From NCBI GenBank assembly GCA_963711835.1, contig CAVQFQ010000018.1:1-64000 (forward strand): DNA of 64,000 nucleotides, read 5' to 3'. Numbering within the stretch: the first letter of the stretch is position 1; each line of letters starts with the position of its first letter. The stretch is from an uncultured delta proteobacterium. GTDB taxonomy: Bacteria; Desulfobacterota; RBG-13-43-22. The notes below the pieces were generated by a model, which was not told the DNA's origin, searched no databases, and was given only the letters and a program-made list of their open reading frames with translations. Both the position numbers and the translations under genes were made by a program. Of the stretch, positions 49,936 to 59,814 are shown one piece after another.

Positions 49936-51267
49936 ATGAAAAGCAAATTGGGCCGGGGTTGGTTCTGGGGCGTTTTGTTTTTTCTATCAACTAATAGTGT
50001 CTTTGCAGCCGGAGAAAGTCAAATCGACAGCGGTTCCACGGCCTGGATGTTGATGTCAACCGCTTTGGTATTACTCATGATTCCAGGATTGGCGATGTTT
50101 TATGGAGGGCTGGTGCGAACCAAAAATGTCCTGGGAACCATGATGCACAGCTTTGTTTCCATGGCCATTATCGGCGTCCTCTGGGCGGTCTGCGGTTATG
50201 CCCTCTGCTTCGGGAAAAACATCCTGGGGGGCTGGATCGGTTGGAATGGCGATTACTTCTTTTTAAAGGGAATCGATGATTCTATCCATAGTTCCGGGGT
50301 CCCGGAGTATGTGGTGGCCATGTTTCAGGGAAAATTCGCCATTATTACGCCGGCCTTGATAGCCGGCGCTTTTGCCGAACGCATTCGTTTCCGGAGTTAT
50401 TGCGTTTTTATTACTCTGTGGTTTTTATTGGTTTATTGCCCCCTGTGTCATTGGGTCTGGTCTGGGGACGGTTTTCTCTACAACCTGGGGGCTCGCGGGG
50501 TTATCGATCTGGCCGGAGGAACGGTGATCCATGTCTCAGCCGGAATAAGCGCCTTGGTGGCTGTCCTTTATCTGGGGGCCAGACATGGCTATCCGAAGGT
50601 GGTGACCTCTCCCAACAACTTAGTCATTACCATGATCGGAGCCGGGTTATTGTGGGTCGGCTGGTTTGGGTTCAATGCCGGAAGTACTGTCTCCAGCGGG
50701 CTGGATACGGCCAGGGCCCTGACCATGACCCAGATTTCAGCCGCCTCAGGGGCACTAGCCTGGATGTTGATAGAGTCCATCCACCTGCATAAGGCCACCT
50801 CCCTGGGGTTTGTTACCGGCATTCTGGCTGGTCTGGTAGTCATTACACCCGCCGCCGGGGTGGTCCAGCCTATCGGTGCCATTATCCTGGGCGGGATTTC
50901 CTCTCTGGTCTGTTATTCCGCCATCTTGCTCAAATACAAACTCGGTTACGATGACACCTTGGATGTCTTTGGTGTTCATGGGGTAGGCAGCGGCTTCGGG
51001 GTCCTGCTTCTTTCCTTCTTTATCCGCCCGAGCTGGATGGCCGAGGCCGCGCTCAAGGCCGGTGGTTCATGGACTATCTGGAATCAATTAGGCGTCCAGG
51101 CTTTCGGACTGGCGGTAACGATTGGTTATGCTGCCACAGTCACGATGGTGTTGGTCTGGATTATTACTAAAACTCTCGGGTTCCGGATTGATCCCCAGGA
51201 AGAGATGGTCGGGTTGGATCAAAGCCTTCATGGGGAGCACGGCTATGGACTCCTGGATGTCCGCTAA
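49936..51267 (+). CDS. amtB: Ammonium transporter
   Basis: PGLAMFYGG, DLAGGTVIH, WVGWFGFNAGS and DDTLDVFGVHG (twin His intact). Confidence 0.95.
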   Translation: MKSKLGRGWFWGVLFFLSTNSVFAAGESQIDSGSTAWMLMSTALVLLMIPGLAMFYGGLVRTKNVLGTMMHSFVSMAIIGVLWAVCGYALCFGKNILGGWIGWNGDYFFLKGIDDSIHSSGVPEYVVAMFQGKFAIITPALIAGAFAERIRFRSYCVFITLWFLLVYCPLCHWVWSGDGFLYNLGARGVIDLAGGTVIHVSAGISALVAVLYLGARHGYPKVVTSPNNLVITMIGAGLLWVGWFGFNAGSTVSSGLDTARALTMTQISAASGALAWMLIESIHLHKATSLGFVTGILAGLVVITPAAGVVQPIGAIILGGISSLVCYSAILLKYKLGYDDTLDVFGVHGVGSGFGVLLLSFFIRPSWMAEAALKAGGSWTIWNQLGVQAFGLAVTIGYAATVTMVLVWIITKTLGFRIDPQEEMVGLDQSLHGEHGYGLLDVR

Positions 51268-51834
51268 ATGGGTTTTTCGACGGAATCATCAAAAATAGAA
51301 AAGGAGCCTCCCTAACTTCCCGGGCCATTAACCCTGACTTAAATCAGCGCCTTGATTAAAGAGGGCCTGAACAATAATAGGATTTATCCCCACCAGCTTT
51401 TTAACTAATTGAAACCATGTGTTTATTTAAGTGAATACGGTTTTTTTGGCTTTTTCAGTGCTTCCCGGCGGGGAAAAGCGTAATTCTCCATTACGATCCT
51501 TTTAAACCGCCAAAATAAGAACTACTTCCCTCCAACCCCTGAGATCTTCCCCTTTTTCAAGTCTGTTTCATGAAAAATTATATCTTAATATTTTTCTTGA
51601 CAAATTCTTATTTAAACCGTTTAATTTAAACCAAATTTGATGGATACCTTTTTATAAAAATAAATATAAACAGAAAGTTTCAATTAAAAGAATTAGTTTC
51701 ACTTTAGAGTAAAGGGTTAACCTCTTAATAGCCCAAGAAGGGAATTGATTAGTTGTTTCTTTAGGTAAACATGGTTCGGTTGATTATCAAGGGATGTACC
51801 AGAGAGTATTTAACGTCGGCCTACAAAAAAACAG

Positions 51835-53943
51835 ATGGCTACCCCTTCTCACATCTATAACTTTAGGAATGAGGGTCAACTCGAGGAGGCCGATCTTCGG
51901 CACTATAATTTATATAATCTTATTGAGTTGTTAGGGTCGGAAGATCTTGAAAAGCGATTTAACAATGTAAAAAAAATTAATCGCAAAAGACTGATCGATC
52001 AAATCAATTATCTCAATTTTGCAGATGGTAATTTGATCATTGTCTTTAAGCATTCCAGGTACGAGGAACTCTTAACCATCCCGGCCATACCCGATCCTTG
52101 CCAAACCGAAGTTCTTTCCTGCCGGATAGAAAAGACCGGCTATGCTTTCCAGCACCTAAAAGAATCCAGGTTTCTTTGTTTCTACATTGAAGATGGGAGA
52201 AAAGTCCTTTTAGCCCGATCCGAAGAAATTGAACTGATTGATAACGGCCTCTGTATTAAGGTTCCTGAATTTTGTTATGAAATAAGCTCCCGGAAAACAA
52301 GACGCTATGCCTGCCCTGAGATTCAAGCCCAGGTGATCCAAAACGGTATCATCTTTTCCGGGCATCTATCCGTTTTCAGTATCGGCTCTTTTCAGGTTGA
52401 AATTTTCTCCGATGAGAACAGCTCCCTCAAATGGGTCAATGCCGAATATCCGGTTCAGGTTATTCTCAAAAAACAGAACCAGATCCTCTACACCGGCGAA
52501 TGCACTATAATCAAACACAGCCGAAGCCGCGATGCCAAGAGCCTGATTTTACTCCCCAGCCTTTCTCCCATTAAACGATTTAAAAAGAGGGAATTCCGGG
52601 CTCCGAGGCAGAAACTGCATCCCTCTCCGAGCATCTCTTTCCTCCATCCTTTAATCGGGAAATTAATTCACTTGACCGTTTGCGACTTATCCACGTCGGG
52701 TTTTTCCATTGAGGAGGAAGGGGAATCGTCCAACCTGTTGCCCGGCATGATCATCCCGGAAATAAAAATAGACCTGGCTACGGCCACGAACCTGGCCTGC
52801 CGCGCCCAGGTCGTCTTCAGGAATCCTTTGGATCAAAATATCATTAAGTGCGGGCTCACCATATTAAGTATGTCTACCGAAGACTATATCAGGTTATCCA
52901 ATATGGTGACCAAAACCTTCAATAACAACCTGGATGTTTGCGGCCTTATCGATTTGGAAAATCTATGGAATTTTTTCTTTGAAACCGGCTTTATCTATCC
53001 TAAAAAGTACCACTACATTCAATCCAACAAAGAAGCGTTTAAAAAATTATACGAAAAAATCTACACCGGCACCGCCGGAATCGAACGGCATTTCACCTAC
53101 CAGGAGCGCGGGGCCATCCTGGGCCATATTTCCATGTTGCATATCTACGATACCACCTGGATGCTGCACCATTATGCCACCACCCCGAACTCGAGGCATA
53201 AGAGGGTGGGCTTGACGTTGTTACAGCAAATTGAACGCTTTATTATCGATTCGCATTATATCGATTCGACTAAGATGGATTATATGATCTGTTTTTTCCG
53301 TCCGGACAATAAATTCCCCAATCTGGTTTTCGGGGGAGCGGCTCGGACCTTGCGGGATCCCCAAATTTGTTCCCTCGACAGCTTTGCCTATTTTAATTAT
53401 CCCCAGGCCTTAAACACCAAGCGGCAGGTTCTACCCCAACCCTGGGCGATGACCCGAACCGATCGGGAAGATCTGGAAGAGCTGCGAAACTTTTATGATC
53501 ATACCTCGGGGGGGCTGATGCTCCAGGCCCTTAATGTACAACCCGGTTTGGAAGAGGACGGTTCCCTCAGCCAGGCTTATCATAAAGTCGGCTTGAAGAG
53601 AGAACGCCACCTGTTATCCATCAAGAAGGATGGAGAAGTAAAAGCGATTATCAATTTGCTTATGACCGAAAAAGGACTCAATCTCTCCGAACTGGCCAAT
53701 TGTGTTTCCCTGATCGTCCTGGATCCCGAAGACTTCCCCTTCGAAATCTTTCTCAAGGCCTTGTCTAACTTGAGCCTGTTTGATGAACGGGAAATCCTCC
53801 CGGTCCTAATCTACCCGGTTCACTACGCCCAGAAATATTCCCTGGCTTATGAAAGAATCTATAATTTATGGGCCTTTAAGGTGGATAACAGCGATTTTTA
53901 CTTCAAGTATATTAACAAGATCTTCTCCCGCATTGTTTCCTAA
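51835..53943 (+). CDS. Large PilZ-domain protein with a putative C-terminal GNAT-like region
   Basis: RKTRR and FRAPR..DLSTSG PilZ-like motifs; the C-terminal pattern RHFTYQ..ILGHISM..WMLHH..FRPDN is reminiscent of acyltransferases. Confidence 0.6.
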   Translation: MATPSHIYNFRNEGQLEEADLRHYNLYNLIELLGSEDLEKRFNNVKKINRKRLIDQINYLNFADGNLIIVFKHSRYEELLTIPAIPDPCQTEVLSCRIEKTGYAFQHLKESRFLCFYIEDGRKVLLARSEEIELIDNGLCIKVPEFCYEISSRKTRRYACPEIQAQVIQNGIIFSGHLSVFSIGSFQVEIFSDENSSLKWVNAEYPVQVILKKQNQILYTGECTIIKHSRSRDAKSLILLPSLSPIKRFKKREFRAPRQKLHPSPSISFLHPLIGKLIHLTVCDLSTSGFSIEEEGESSNLLPGMIIPEIKIDLATATNLACRAQVVFRNPLDQNIIKCGLTILSMSTEDYIRLSNMVTKTFNNNLDVCGLIDLENLWNFFFETGFIYPKKYHYIQSNKEAFKKLYEKIYTGTAGIERHFTYQERGAILGHISMLHIYDTTWMLHHYATTPNSRHKRVGLTLLQQIERFIIDSHYIDSTKMDYMICFFRPDNKFPNLVFGGAARTLRDPQICSLDSFAYFNYPQALNTKRQVLPQPWAMTRTDREDLEELRNFYDHTSGGLMLQALNVQPGLEEDGSLSQAYHKVGLKRERHLLSIKKDGEVKAIINLLMTEKGLNLSELANCVSLIVLDPEDFPFEIFLKALSNLSLFDEREILPVLIYPVHYAQKYSLAYERIYNLWAFKVDNSDFYFKYINKIFSRIVS

Positions 53944-54179
53944 GGGAAAAATTTCACCCTCGACATCTATTTCCTTCTCTCGTATAATACGGCTAAAAGT
54001 GACCGAATGGTTATGAATTTGGATCCAAAAAGGGTTCGAGTTTTTTTTATTGACCCAACATGGATTGGATTCTTTGATCTAAAAGCGTTCAATGGATAAT
54101 ACCCCCAATTAAAATATTGCCCGGGAAGTAGGGAAGTTTGCGGCCTAATCCTGAAAACCGAAGCGGGAGCTTAAGGGTT

Positions 54180-56084
54180 ATGAACGATAGGCCCCTCTAC
54201 AGCAGTCGAATTTTAAATACCTATATCAACTTCGTTAAGAGGAATTACCCCGCCATTGATGTCAATGAAGTGTTAAGCTATGCCGGTGTGGAATCATATC
54301 AGGTAGTTGATGAAGGCCACTGGTTCACCCAGGAGCAGCAAGACCGCTTTCACGAAAAATTGGTGGAGTTAACAGGGAATGAGAAGATCGCCCGCGAAGT
54401 TGGAAGATATTCGGCGTCCCCAGATGCCGTCGGTTTATTAAAGCAATATGCCATTGGATTATTAGGTCCTGCCCATGTCTTTCAAATGGTAGGTAATATC
54501 TACCCGAAGTTTAGTAGATCCTCAACAATAAAGTTTAAAAAGATTTCCTCCAATGTTGTTGAAATCACAGCAACTCCCCGAGAAGATTCTTCTGAAAAAC
54601 CATATCAATGTGAAAATCGGTTGGGCATGTTTGAATTAACCATAGAAATGTTCAATTACAAGGCGGCGAGAGTTGAACATTCGGAGTGTATCTTTGAGGG
54701 GGCCAAAGCATGTAAATATTTAATTTCATGGCAAAAACCACGCTCTTTATATTGGAAACGGATTCGAAATATTGTCGGTCTGTTAGTATTGGGGCTCAGT
54801 GGTTTTCTGATTTGGTTGTTTCCTTGGGATACGATTACCATACTTTTGGCGATTTCCGTGTTTTTGGTACTAAGTTATTTTGTCAAAAACTTGGAAGAGC
54901 GAGAATTACAAATTACCCTTAACAATCTCCGAGATATGACGGAGCATCAGATTGATCAGATTGATATTAATTATAAAAATGCTTTAATGATCAATGAAAT
55001 TGGGCAGGCCATCAGTAAAAAATTAGATATTAATGCCATATTATTAAATATCATGCATACCCTGGAACAGAGACTGGATTACGATCGGGGGATGATCCTG
55101 CTGGCCAATGAGGATAAGACCCTGTTGCATTATGCTGCGGGTTTTGGCCTGGACGATGAAAAATTGAAAATTTTAAAGGAGACCTTTTTCCATCTGGATC
55201 GGCCGGAATCCAAGGGGGTTTTCGTCCTGTCTTTTCGCGAGCAAAGACCTATCCTGGTCAATGATATGGACAATCTTGAAAAAACCATCTCCTCCAAAAG
55301 CTTAGACATATTAAGGGGTATGGGAAGCCAATCTTTTATTTGTTGTCCCATCATCTATGAAACCGAATCAATGGGTGTTCTGGTAGTAGATAATATTCGG
55401 AAAAAAAGAGGATTGACTCAGACGGATATCAGCTTGTTAACCGGGATCGCCCCCCAAATAGGGATCAGTATTCATAACGCCCGAATGGTCAATAATCAGA
55501 AAAAACAGTTTAATTCGATTTTGCGAGTTTTGGCGGCCTCCATCGACGCCAGAGACCCGCTAACTGCCGGGCATTCCGAAAAGGTCACCGAGTATGCCGT
55601 GGGGATTGCCCGCATCTTAGAGTTGGACGGCGAGTTCTGTGAAATGATCGGAATCGCCGGGTTACTGCACGATTACGGAAAAATCGGGGTCCGGGATGAT
55701 GTATTAAAAAAGCCGGGTAAATTAACCGATGAAGAGTATACGGAGATTCGTTCCCACGTGGAACAAACCCGACGGATATTGGAACAAATGGAATTTGAGG
55801 GGATCTTCAATCAAATTCCTTCTATTGCTGGTTTTCATCATGAAAAGGTTGACGGCAGCGGTTATCCAATGGGTTTAAAAGGAGAGGAAATTCCCTTGGG
55901 AGCCCGGATCATTGCCGTGGCCGACGTTTTTGAGGCCTTAACCGCCGAGAGACATTATCGTCAGCCCATGAAAAACGAAGATGCTTTGGAGATCATTCAA
56001 AAAGGATCGGGCAATGCCTTTGATCCCCAGGTGGTGGAGGCCTTTGATCGTTATTATCATAACCATATTGGAAACTCCGGTTAA
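54180..56084 (+). CDS. V4R/H-NOX-like - 2TM - GAF - HD-GYP cyclic dinucleotide phosphodiesterase
   Basis: HDYGK, HHEKVDGSGYP and ARIIAVADVFEA; GAF (SFICCPI..GVLVVDN); N-terminal ECIFEGAKAC. Confidence 0.85.
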   Translation: MNDRPLYSSRILNTYINFVKRNYPAIDVNEVLSYAGVESYQVVDEGHWFTQEQQDRFHEKLVELTGNEKIAREVGRYSASPDAVGLLKQYAIGLLGPAHVFQMVGNIYPKFSRSSTIKFKKISSNVVEITATPREDSSEKPYQCENRLGMFELTIEMFNYKAARVEHSECIFEGAKACKYLISWQKPRSLYWKRIRNIVGLLVLGLSGFLIWLFPWDTITILLAISVFLVLSYFVKNLEERELQITLNNLRDMTEHQIDQIDINYKNALMINEIGQAISKKLDINAILLNIMHTLEQRLDYDRGMILLANEDKTLLHYAAGFGLDDEKLKILKETFFHLDRPESKGVFVLSFREQRPILVNDMDNLEKTISSKSLDILRGMGSQSFICCPIIYETESMGVLVVDNIRKKRGLTQTDISLLTGIAPQIGISIHNARMVNNQKKQFNSILRVLAASIDARDPLTAGHSEKVTEYAVGIARILELDGEFCEMIGIAGLLHDYGKIGVRDDVLKKPGKLTDEEYTEIRSHVEQTRRILEQMEFEGIFNQIPSIAGFHHEKVDGSGYPMGLKGEEIPLGARIIAVADVFEALTAERHYRQPMKNEDALEIIQKGSGNAFDPQVVEAFDRYYHNHIGNSG

Positions 56085-56893
56085 GAGGATAACGGCTTGC
56101 GGCCGCAGCAGGCAATTAGAGGTGTATAGGTAAATCGGCGGGGATGATGAAAAAAAGAGGTACACTCCTGAACGAAGGCCTCATAGGAGCCGTTGTACTC
56201 AGTAAATGGATAACCGATCTTGGGGGGAACCACTTCAATTTTTTTCATCCAGTTAAAGGCATCGGTGTCGTTGAGGGATCCATAGATAACATGATGGGCC
56301 GAAATATCGACCTTTATTTCCTCGTAGCCTAAATCATAAAAATAGGAATAGAGTTTTCTTCCGGCATAGGGATCAAAATTTGCTTTTTTCTGTAAAATCT
56401 CCGTGATGGCGAAGATGGTCTTTTCCAGACGACCGGGTATCCCATAATGGCTAAGACAGTTGTAATCCAAATCCATCAGGCATAAGATACCCCCCGGTTT
56501 TAAGATTTTGGTAATATTTTCTACCAATTGGGAGCCACCAACCAGATAGTACTCTAACAGAAACCGCACCCATAAAAAATCAAATCTGCCCAGGTCTTGT
56601 AACTCCTCTCTTGCATCCCTGCAAATAAAATGCAACCCAGGTTCAACATAATGGTTTTTGGCGTAGTCGTATCTATTTCGTGAAAAATCTATTCCAACCG
56701 CCTCCCCTCCCGGCTTGACCAATTCATAAAGGATAGAAGTTGTCTTTCCGGGACCACATCCTATATCAGCAACCCGCATTCCGGATCTTATCCCAGCCCA
56801 GAGGGCTTGGCGCTTAATCGTCTCCGGATCGGTTTTAAGGTCTAATCGGATTGATTCCTCTTCATTTTCCATGAGATAGGGTAAGGTTTCCAT
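56081..56893 (-). CDS. Class I SAM-dependent methyltransferase
   Basis: RVADIGCGPG, GIDFS, FDF and LKPGG motifs. Confidence 0.88.
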   Translation of the reverse strand: METLPYLMENEEESIRLDLKTDPETIKRQALWAGIRSGMRVADIGCGPGKTTSILYELVKPGGEAVGIDFSRNRYDYAKNHYVEPGLHFICRDAREELQDLGRFDFLWVRFLLEYYLVGGSQLVENITKILKPGGILCLMDLDYNCLSHYGIPGRLEKTIFAITEILQKKANFDPYAGRKLYSYFYDLGYEEIKVDISAHHVIYGSLNDTDAFNWMKKIEVVPPKIGYPFTEYNGSYEAFVQECTSFFHHPRRFTYTPLIACCGRKPLSS

Positions 56894-57038
56894 GGGGGCT
56901 CACTTTTTAATTTATAGTGCTATTATGCTTGAAAAGTATTATAGAATTTGAGAAGTAATTACCAGAAGAATCTGAATAGGTAAAAAAATATCCAACTTTT
57001 TATTAAAAAATATACCCACCTCCAGAAGGCGGATTTTT

Positions 57039-58376
57039 ATGAAAAGGCTTCTATTAATAAACCCCGTTGGAAGAAGAAGCGGTTATCTCTTAAGCCAATT
57101 CTCAACATTTTCTCCCTTGAGTTTAGCGTATGTCGCAGCGCTAACCCCTTCCCATTGGGAGATTAAAATTGTAGATGAAAATTTTGACACCTTTGAATTT
57201 GAGGAAGCCGATCTGGTTGGGATCACGGCCTTTTCCAGCAATATCAACCGAGCCTATGAATTGGCCCAAACCTACCGAAAAAAAAAGATTAAGGTGGTCA
57301 TGGGCGGTATTCATGCCTCCATGCTCCCAGACGAAGCCTTGAATTACTGTGATGCAGTGGTCCGGGGAGAAGTGGAGGGGGTCTGGGAAAAAGTAATTTC
57401 TGATTTCGAAAAGAACAATTTAGTCTCCCTATACAACGGGCCTCAGGTTGATCTTAAAAGGTATGCGATTCGTCCCCGCCGTGATTTGTTAAGTCCGAAA
57501 TATTTTTGGAATTCGGTTCAAACCTCCCGGGGATGCCCTTTTAATTGCCATTTTTGCTCGGTATCAAAATACCTGGGAAATGAATACCGTCAAAGAGATC
57601 CAGATCAGGTGCTTGATGAAATAGAACAAATAAATGGCCACTATATTACTTTCGTAGATGATAATTTAGTTGGTCATAACGAGGAACACAGAAACCGGGC
57701 CAAAAAATTATTTAAGGGCCTGATTGACCGGGGAATAAATAAGCATTGGTGGATGCAAACATCTATAAATGCGGCAGAGGATCTGGAGACAATTCAATTA
57801 GCCTCCAAATCTGGATGCATGATGGTTTTTATTGGATTTGAAACCATCAGCGAAGATTCTCTTTTGGGAATGAAAAAAAGGGTTAATCTAAAAATCGGGG
57901 TTGAAAACTATAAAAAGGTTGTGGATCGATTCCATCGTTATGGAATCGGGGTTTTGGGGGCTTTTATAATCGGCAATGATTATGAATCTTCTAATTATTA
58001 TAAAGCATTAGCCGAATTTATCATTCAAACAAACATTGACGTAGTGCAGATTACCATCTTGACCCCCCTACCAGGGACGGCCTTCATGGAAGAACTGGAA
58101 AAAGCGGGGCGTCTGATTTATCATAATTTTCCTGATGATTGGGAGAAATATCGTTTTTCTTATGTGGTCCATAATCCCAAGGGGATAACACCGGAAACCA
58201 TCTATAGCGGAGATAATTTCATCAAAGAACGGATTTATTCCTTCCCCAGGTATCAATTCCGCATTTTAAGATCGTTAATAAATCTAAAAAACCCAACCAA
58301 TTTTTACACCGTTTATAAATTAAATGAAGCCTATAAAAGAGGCTGGCAAAACTCCCATTATTATAAAAACTTTTAA
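57039..58376 (+). CDS. B12-binding radical SAM protein
   Basis: MGGIHAS, TSRGCPFNCHFC, IGFET and LTPLPGT motifs. Confidence 0.9.
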   Translation: MKRLLLINPVGRRSGYLLSQFSTFSPLSLAYVAALTPSHWEIKIVDENFDTFEFEEADLVGITAFSSNINRAYELAQTYRKKKIKVVMGGIHASMLPDEALNYCDAVVRGEVEGVWEKVISDFEKNNLVSLYNGPQVDLKRYAIRPRRDLLSPKYFWNSVQTSRGCPFNCHFCSVSKYLGNEYRQRDPDQVLDEIEQINGHYITFVDDNLVGHNEEHRNRAKKLFKGLIDRGINKHWWMQTSINAAEDLETIQLASKSGCMMVFIGFETISEDSLLGMKKRVNLKIGVENYKKVVDRFHRYGIGVLGAFIIGNDYESSNYYKALAEFIIQTNIDVVQITILTPLPGTAFMEELEKAGRLIYHNFPDDWEKYRFSYVVHNPKGITPETIYSGDNFIKERIYSFPRYQFRILRSLINLKNPTNFYTVYKLNEAYKRGWQNSHYYKNF

Positions 58377-58427
58377 CCTTTTTAAGATACGAGTCACCCA
58401 TTTCCCCAGGCGCTTGAAGGGGTCTTT

Positions 58428-59615
58428 TCAATCCGCCGCCTTGCGTATAAAAGTGGGGACATCCAGTTCTTCTTCGTCAAAATAATAATCCGGGGGTTTG
58501 GCCGGCCTCCGCGGACCATACTTGTCTATTTCTTTACCGACCCGACGAAAGGTCGGGGTTTCCCGATCCTCGGGGCTTTCTCTCTTGAACTCGGGCACCG
58601 ACGGGTGAATTCGTTCAATATCCAGGTGTACTTTTTCCTCTTTCAGGTGGATTCCCGTGGCCACCACGGTGACCCGCAATTCTTCCCCCATCCCTTCATC
58701 GATGGCTGTCCCGAATATGATATTGGCGTCTTCATGCACTTCTTTCCGAATCAGGGTGCAGGCTTCGGTAACCTCCTCAAACCCCAGATTGGAACTGGCG
58801 GTAATATTAAGCAGCACCGCCCGGGCCCCGGAGATGGTAATATCCTCCAACAAAGGACTGGAGATGGCCCTCTCGGCCGCCTCAACCGCCCGGTTCTCCC
58901 CGCTGGCCACCCCGGTTCCCATAAGAGCGACGCCCATTTCCGACATGATGGCCTTCACATCGGCAAAATCAAGATTAATCAACCCGGGGATAACCACTAA
59001 ATCGGAAATCCCCTTGACGGCATAAAGCAAAACATCATCGGCTTTCTTCAGCATTTCCAGGAAAGTGGCCTTTTTGGTGGCCAGAGAAATCAGACGGTCG
59101 TTCGGGATGGTAATTAAGGTATCCACGACCTGGCGTAACTCCTGGATCCCTTCTTCGGCCTGTTTTAAGCGCCGGGTCCCTTCAAAATGGAACGGTTTGG
59201 TAACGACCGCGACGGTCAGGATGTCCAATTCCTTGCAGATTTGAGCCACTATGGGGGAACCGCCGGTTCCGGTCCCGCCTCCCATGCCGGCCGTGATAAA
59301 GACCATGTCGCTGCCTTGTAACGCCTCTCGGATTTTTTCCGAATCTTCCAGGGTGGCATTACGGCCAATTTCAGGATTGGCCCCGGCCCCTAAACCTTTA
59401 GTCAGGTTCGTTCCCACCTGGATCCGGGTCTCGGCCAGGCAAGAGGAGAGAGCCTGGAGGTCGGTATTGGCGGTAATAAATTCAACGCCTGTCAACTGGG
59501 ATCGGATCATATTATTAATGGCATTGCTGCCCCCTCCCCCGATACCCAAGACGCGGATTTTTGGTTTCTGACAAGCGGTTTCTTCACCTACCCCAACCAT
59601 TTCAATTTTCATCAT
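58428..59615 (-). CDS. ftsZ: Cell division protein FtsZ
   Basis: GGGTGTG, INLDFADV and C-terminal LDVPTFIR. Confidence 0.97.
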   Translation of the reverse strand: MMKIEMVGVGEETACQKPKIRVLGIGGGGSNAINNMIRSQLTGVEFITANTDLQALSSCLAETRIQVGTNLTKGLGAGANPEIGRNATLEDSEKIREALQGSDMVFITAGMGGGTGTGGSPIVAQICKELDILTVAVVTKPFHFEGTRRLKQAEEGIQELRQVVDTLITIPNDRLISLATKKATFLEMLKKADDVLLYAVKGISDLVVIPGLINLDFADVKAIMSEMGVALMGTGVASGENRAVEAAERAISSPLLEDITISGARAVLLNITASSNLGFEEVTEACTLIRKEVHEDANIIFGTAIDEGMGEELRVTVVATGIHLKEEKVHLDIERIHPSVPEFKRESPEDRETPTFRRVGKEIDKYGPRRPAKPPDYYFDEEELDVPTFIRKAAD

Positions 59616-59814
59616 CCCTTTTACCTCCTCTTGATTTGGTTTGTTCCCATTCTGGTGCCGAAAGGATAGATCCGCATGAAGTCAAGAAGAATCATCCTTT
59701 ATATAGCTTGTTTGCAGCCGATTGAAAACAGAAATTTTTATCTTCCCTAACCTTTTGATTTAAAAAGTTAAAAAAATTTCGGGCCGTTCAATTGGCTACC
59801 CCAAGCCCCCTTTT

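Noticed and set aside
55750-55765. parS-like GTTCCCACGTGGAACA in the HD-GYP gene
   Set aside because: Three mismatches in one arm; explained by codons.
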